Shown here in pieces: positions 7,224 to 8,625 of a DNA stretch of 8,625 nt. This DNA is from a virus (Duplodnaviria; Heunggongvirae; Uroviricota; Caudoviricetes): positions 1 to 8,625 of the IMG/VR virus record IMGVR_UViG_2778261676_000003; one strand, given 5' to 3'. The position numbers were made by a program, and so were the translations under genes. The number at the start of each line of letters is the position of its first letter. Position 1 is the first letter of the stretch. The notes under the pieces are model-generated. The model was not told the DNA's origin, searched no databases, and saw nothing but the letters and a program-made list of their open reading frames with translations.

Positions 7224-7251
7224 GCAAACAGCAAACAGCAAACAGCAAACA
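7224..7251. repeat. Tandem heptanucleotide repeat (GCAAACA)x4
   Basis: Four perfect head-to-tail copies read directly (7224-7230, 7231-7237, 7238-7244, 7245-7251), followed by a degenerate CAGCACAG. It lies in the 443-bp intergenic region about 200 bp upstream of the acetyltransferase start and about 215 bp downstream of the integrase stop. Confidence 0.8.
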
Positions 7252-7467
7252 CAGCACAGTGTAATAATGTGTTAACTATGCCAATCGAGGTGTACTTTGC
7301 AAATAGCTTTAACATTTCTTCTATCAGCTAATAATCAAAGGCATGAAGTCTATCATCCAAATCTTAAACGATCGATACTTGCTGTGGTTGATAAGACAAA
7401 ACTGAGACAAACAAAGCTTTGCGCTGGATTGCAAGGCTTTGTGCTCTTCGATAGTGGTTAAGGTGGA

Positions 7468-8625
7468 TCACTCCACCTTTTCATCAATCCAGTCCGCCCA
7501 CCATTGCATCATTTCTCTGCGTTTATCGAGATACTGAGCATGGTTGTAAATCCCACGCACAGAACCGCCGTTGGCATGTGCCAGTTGCACTTCAATAGCA
7601 TCAGCAGGCCATTCGTGCTCGTTCATAATCGTGCTGAATTCATGCCTGAATCCGTGACCGCTTTCCAGACCCTCATAGCCGATTTGTTTGATCACAAGTA
7701 GCACCGCGTTCTCGCAGATTGGCTTTTTCTTATCGTTGCGCCCGGCAAAAACAAACTCTGATACTGGTTTAGTGATGGAGCTTAGCGTAGTGAGAAGTTC
7801 AACCACCTGGTCCGACATCGGGACCACATGAATTTTGCGTCCCTTCATCACACTGGCGTCGATGGTGATAATCCTGTTTTCAAAATCGACGTTCTTCCAT
7901 TGCATGGAACGAAGCTCTTTTGTTCTTAGGGCTGTGTAGCGTAAAACCTTGGTCGCAATGAGCGATACGATGCTTCCTGAAAATGTTGCCAGTGCTTTGT
8001 TAAATGCCGGGATCTGGTCTGCAGGAAGAAACGGGAAGTTTTTCTTGCGGTATCCCTTCATGGCGTCAGCAAGGTCAGGTGCCGGGTTATATTTAGCCCT
8101 ACCAGTGACAATGGCGTAACGGAAAACCTCGCCGCATCTTCTGCGGGCTTTGTTGGCTCGCTCCATTGCACCGCGATCTTCAAATCTGCGGATTACTTCC
8201 AGCAGTTGCATCGGCTCAATATCCTGAATCTCAAGACCGCCGATGATAGGTAAAATGTCGTCATCAAACATTTTTGCAAGTTCATTTGCATAGCCTACTG
8301 ACCAGACTTGCTTCTTGTGCTCGTACCATTCCTTGTAAATCGCACTAAAGGAATTGTTGTTAGACGAAGCCTTTTTCGCCTTTACCGGATCGATGCCGAC
8401 CGAGATGTCTTTCCTCGCAGTCCATGCTTTATCCCTTGCCTCCTGCAAAGTCATAAGCGGATATTTTCCGACGGTCAGTATTTTTTCCTTACCGTCAATC
8501 TTGTAGCGAAGCTGCCATACCTTTTTCCCGGATACAGGAACATAAAGGTACAGGCCATTACCATCGAGAAGGCGGTATGGTTTTTCTTTCGGCTTTGCTG
8601 CTTCAATCTGCTTAACGGTGAGCAT
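7468..8625 (-). CDS. intS: Tyrosine site-specific integrase with an N-terminal arm-binding (DUF4102-type) domain, P4/CP4-57/IntS family (385 aa)
   Basis: N-terminus MLTVKQIEAAKPKEKPYRLLDGNGLYLYVPVSGKKVWQLRYKIDGKEK is the characteristic arm-binding domain of P4-type integrases. C-terminal catalytic-domain residues include ...HGFRHEFST... and ...LAHANGGSVRGIYNH.... The sequence matches my recollection of E. coli K-12 IntS, so the symbol should be confirmed by BLAST. The start codon is the last three bases of the window. Confidence 0.92.
   Translation of the reverse strand: MLTVKQIEAAKPKEKPYRLLDGNGLYLYVPVSGKKVWQLRYKIDGKEKILTVGKYPLMTLQEARDKAWTARKDISVGIDPVKAKKASSNNNSFSAIYKEWYEHKKQVWSVGYANELAKMFDDDILPIIGGLEIQDIEPMQLLEVIRRFEDRGAMERANKARRRCGEVFRYAIVTGRAKYNPAPDLADAMKGYRKKNFPFLPADQIPAFNKALATFSGSIVSLIATKVLRYTALRTKELRSMQWKNVDFENRIITIDASVMKGRKIHVVPMSDQVVELLTTLSSITKPVSEFVFAGRNDKKKPICENAVLLVIKQIGYEGLESGHGFRHEFSTIMNEHEWPADAIEVQLAHANGGSVRGIYNHAQYLDKRREMMQWWADWIDEKVE

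Larger units (their letters stand above)
1..8625. mobile_element. Interior of a cryptic prophage remnant (KplE1/CPS-53-like integrase/excisionase ends with P22-like late-region cargo)
   Basis: Phage-type tyrosine integrase at the right end and AlpA/TorI-type excisionase at the left end, both on the minus strand. Between them are a tailspike, an Mnt-like repressor and an O-antigen acetyltransferase, but no head, replication, lysis or immunity genes. This implies extensive deletion. Confidence 0.75.

Noticed and set aside
7146-7331. 61-aa plus-strand ORF in the acetyltransferase-integrase intergenic region
   Set aside because: It simply reads through the heptamer tandem repeat (giving ANSKQQTANTAQ), with no ribosome-binding site; the region is better explained as regulatory DNA.
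7504-7701. 65-aa plus-strand ORF antisense to the integrase
   Set aside because: It is nested antisense within the well-supported integrase gene and has no independent signals.
1-8625. CRISPR array, rRNA, or a recognisable multi-gene defence system (restriction-modification, CBASS, retron, Abi and similar)
   Set aside because: No regularly spaced direct repeats were seen, and no ORF shows nuclease, methyltransferase, ATPase, reverse-transcriptase or cyclase motifs. The larger ORFs are explained by phage structural, recombination and O-antigen-modification functions.

Overview
The window looks like the interior of a small, decayed prophage of the KplE1/CPS-53 type (argW-associated in E. coli K-12), running from the stop codon of a TorI/AlpA-like excisionase (1..201, -) to the start codon of an IntS-like tyrosine integrase (7468..8625, -). 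Between them is a degenerate P22-like podovirus late region: a 387-aa Q/A/N-rich protein of uncertain function (1300..2463, +), an orphan Mnt-like ribbon-helix-helix repressor (2553..2846, -), a tailspike with a P22-type N-terminal head-binding domain (2935..5091, +), and a convergent O-antigen acetyltransferase (5132..7024, -). Near the excisionase are two intrinsic terminators and a translationally coupled pair of small genes on the minus strand (767..1260). The most unusual sequence features are a C9/G11 inverted repeat between the tailspike and acetyltransferase stops, a (GCAAACA)x4 tandem heptamer upstream of the acetyltransferase, and a 16-nt tRNA T-arm-like segment 20 nt upstream of the excisionase. 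I found no CRISPR array, intact tRNA or rRNA, and no recognisable multi-gene defence system; the small two-gene operon is the only candidate for something undescribed, and that is speculative. All homology statements come from reading the translations and from recalled family sequences, not from database searches. The ORF track writes M for GTG starts, so several start coordinates were re-derived from the DNA.
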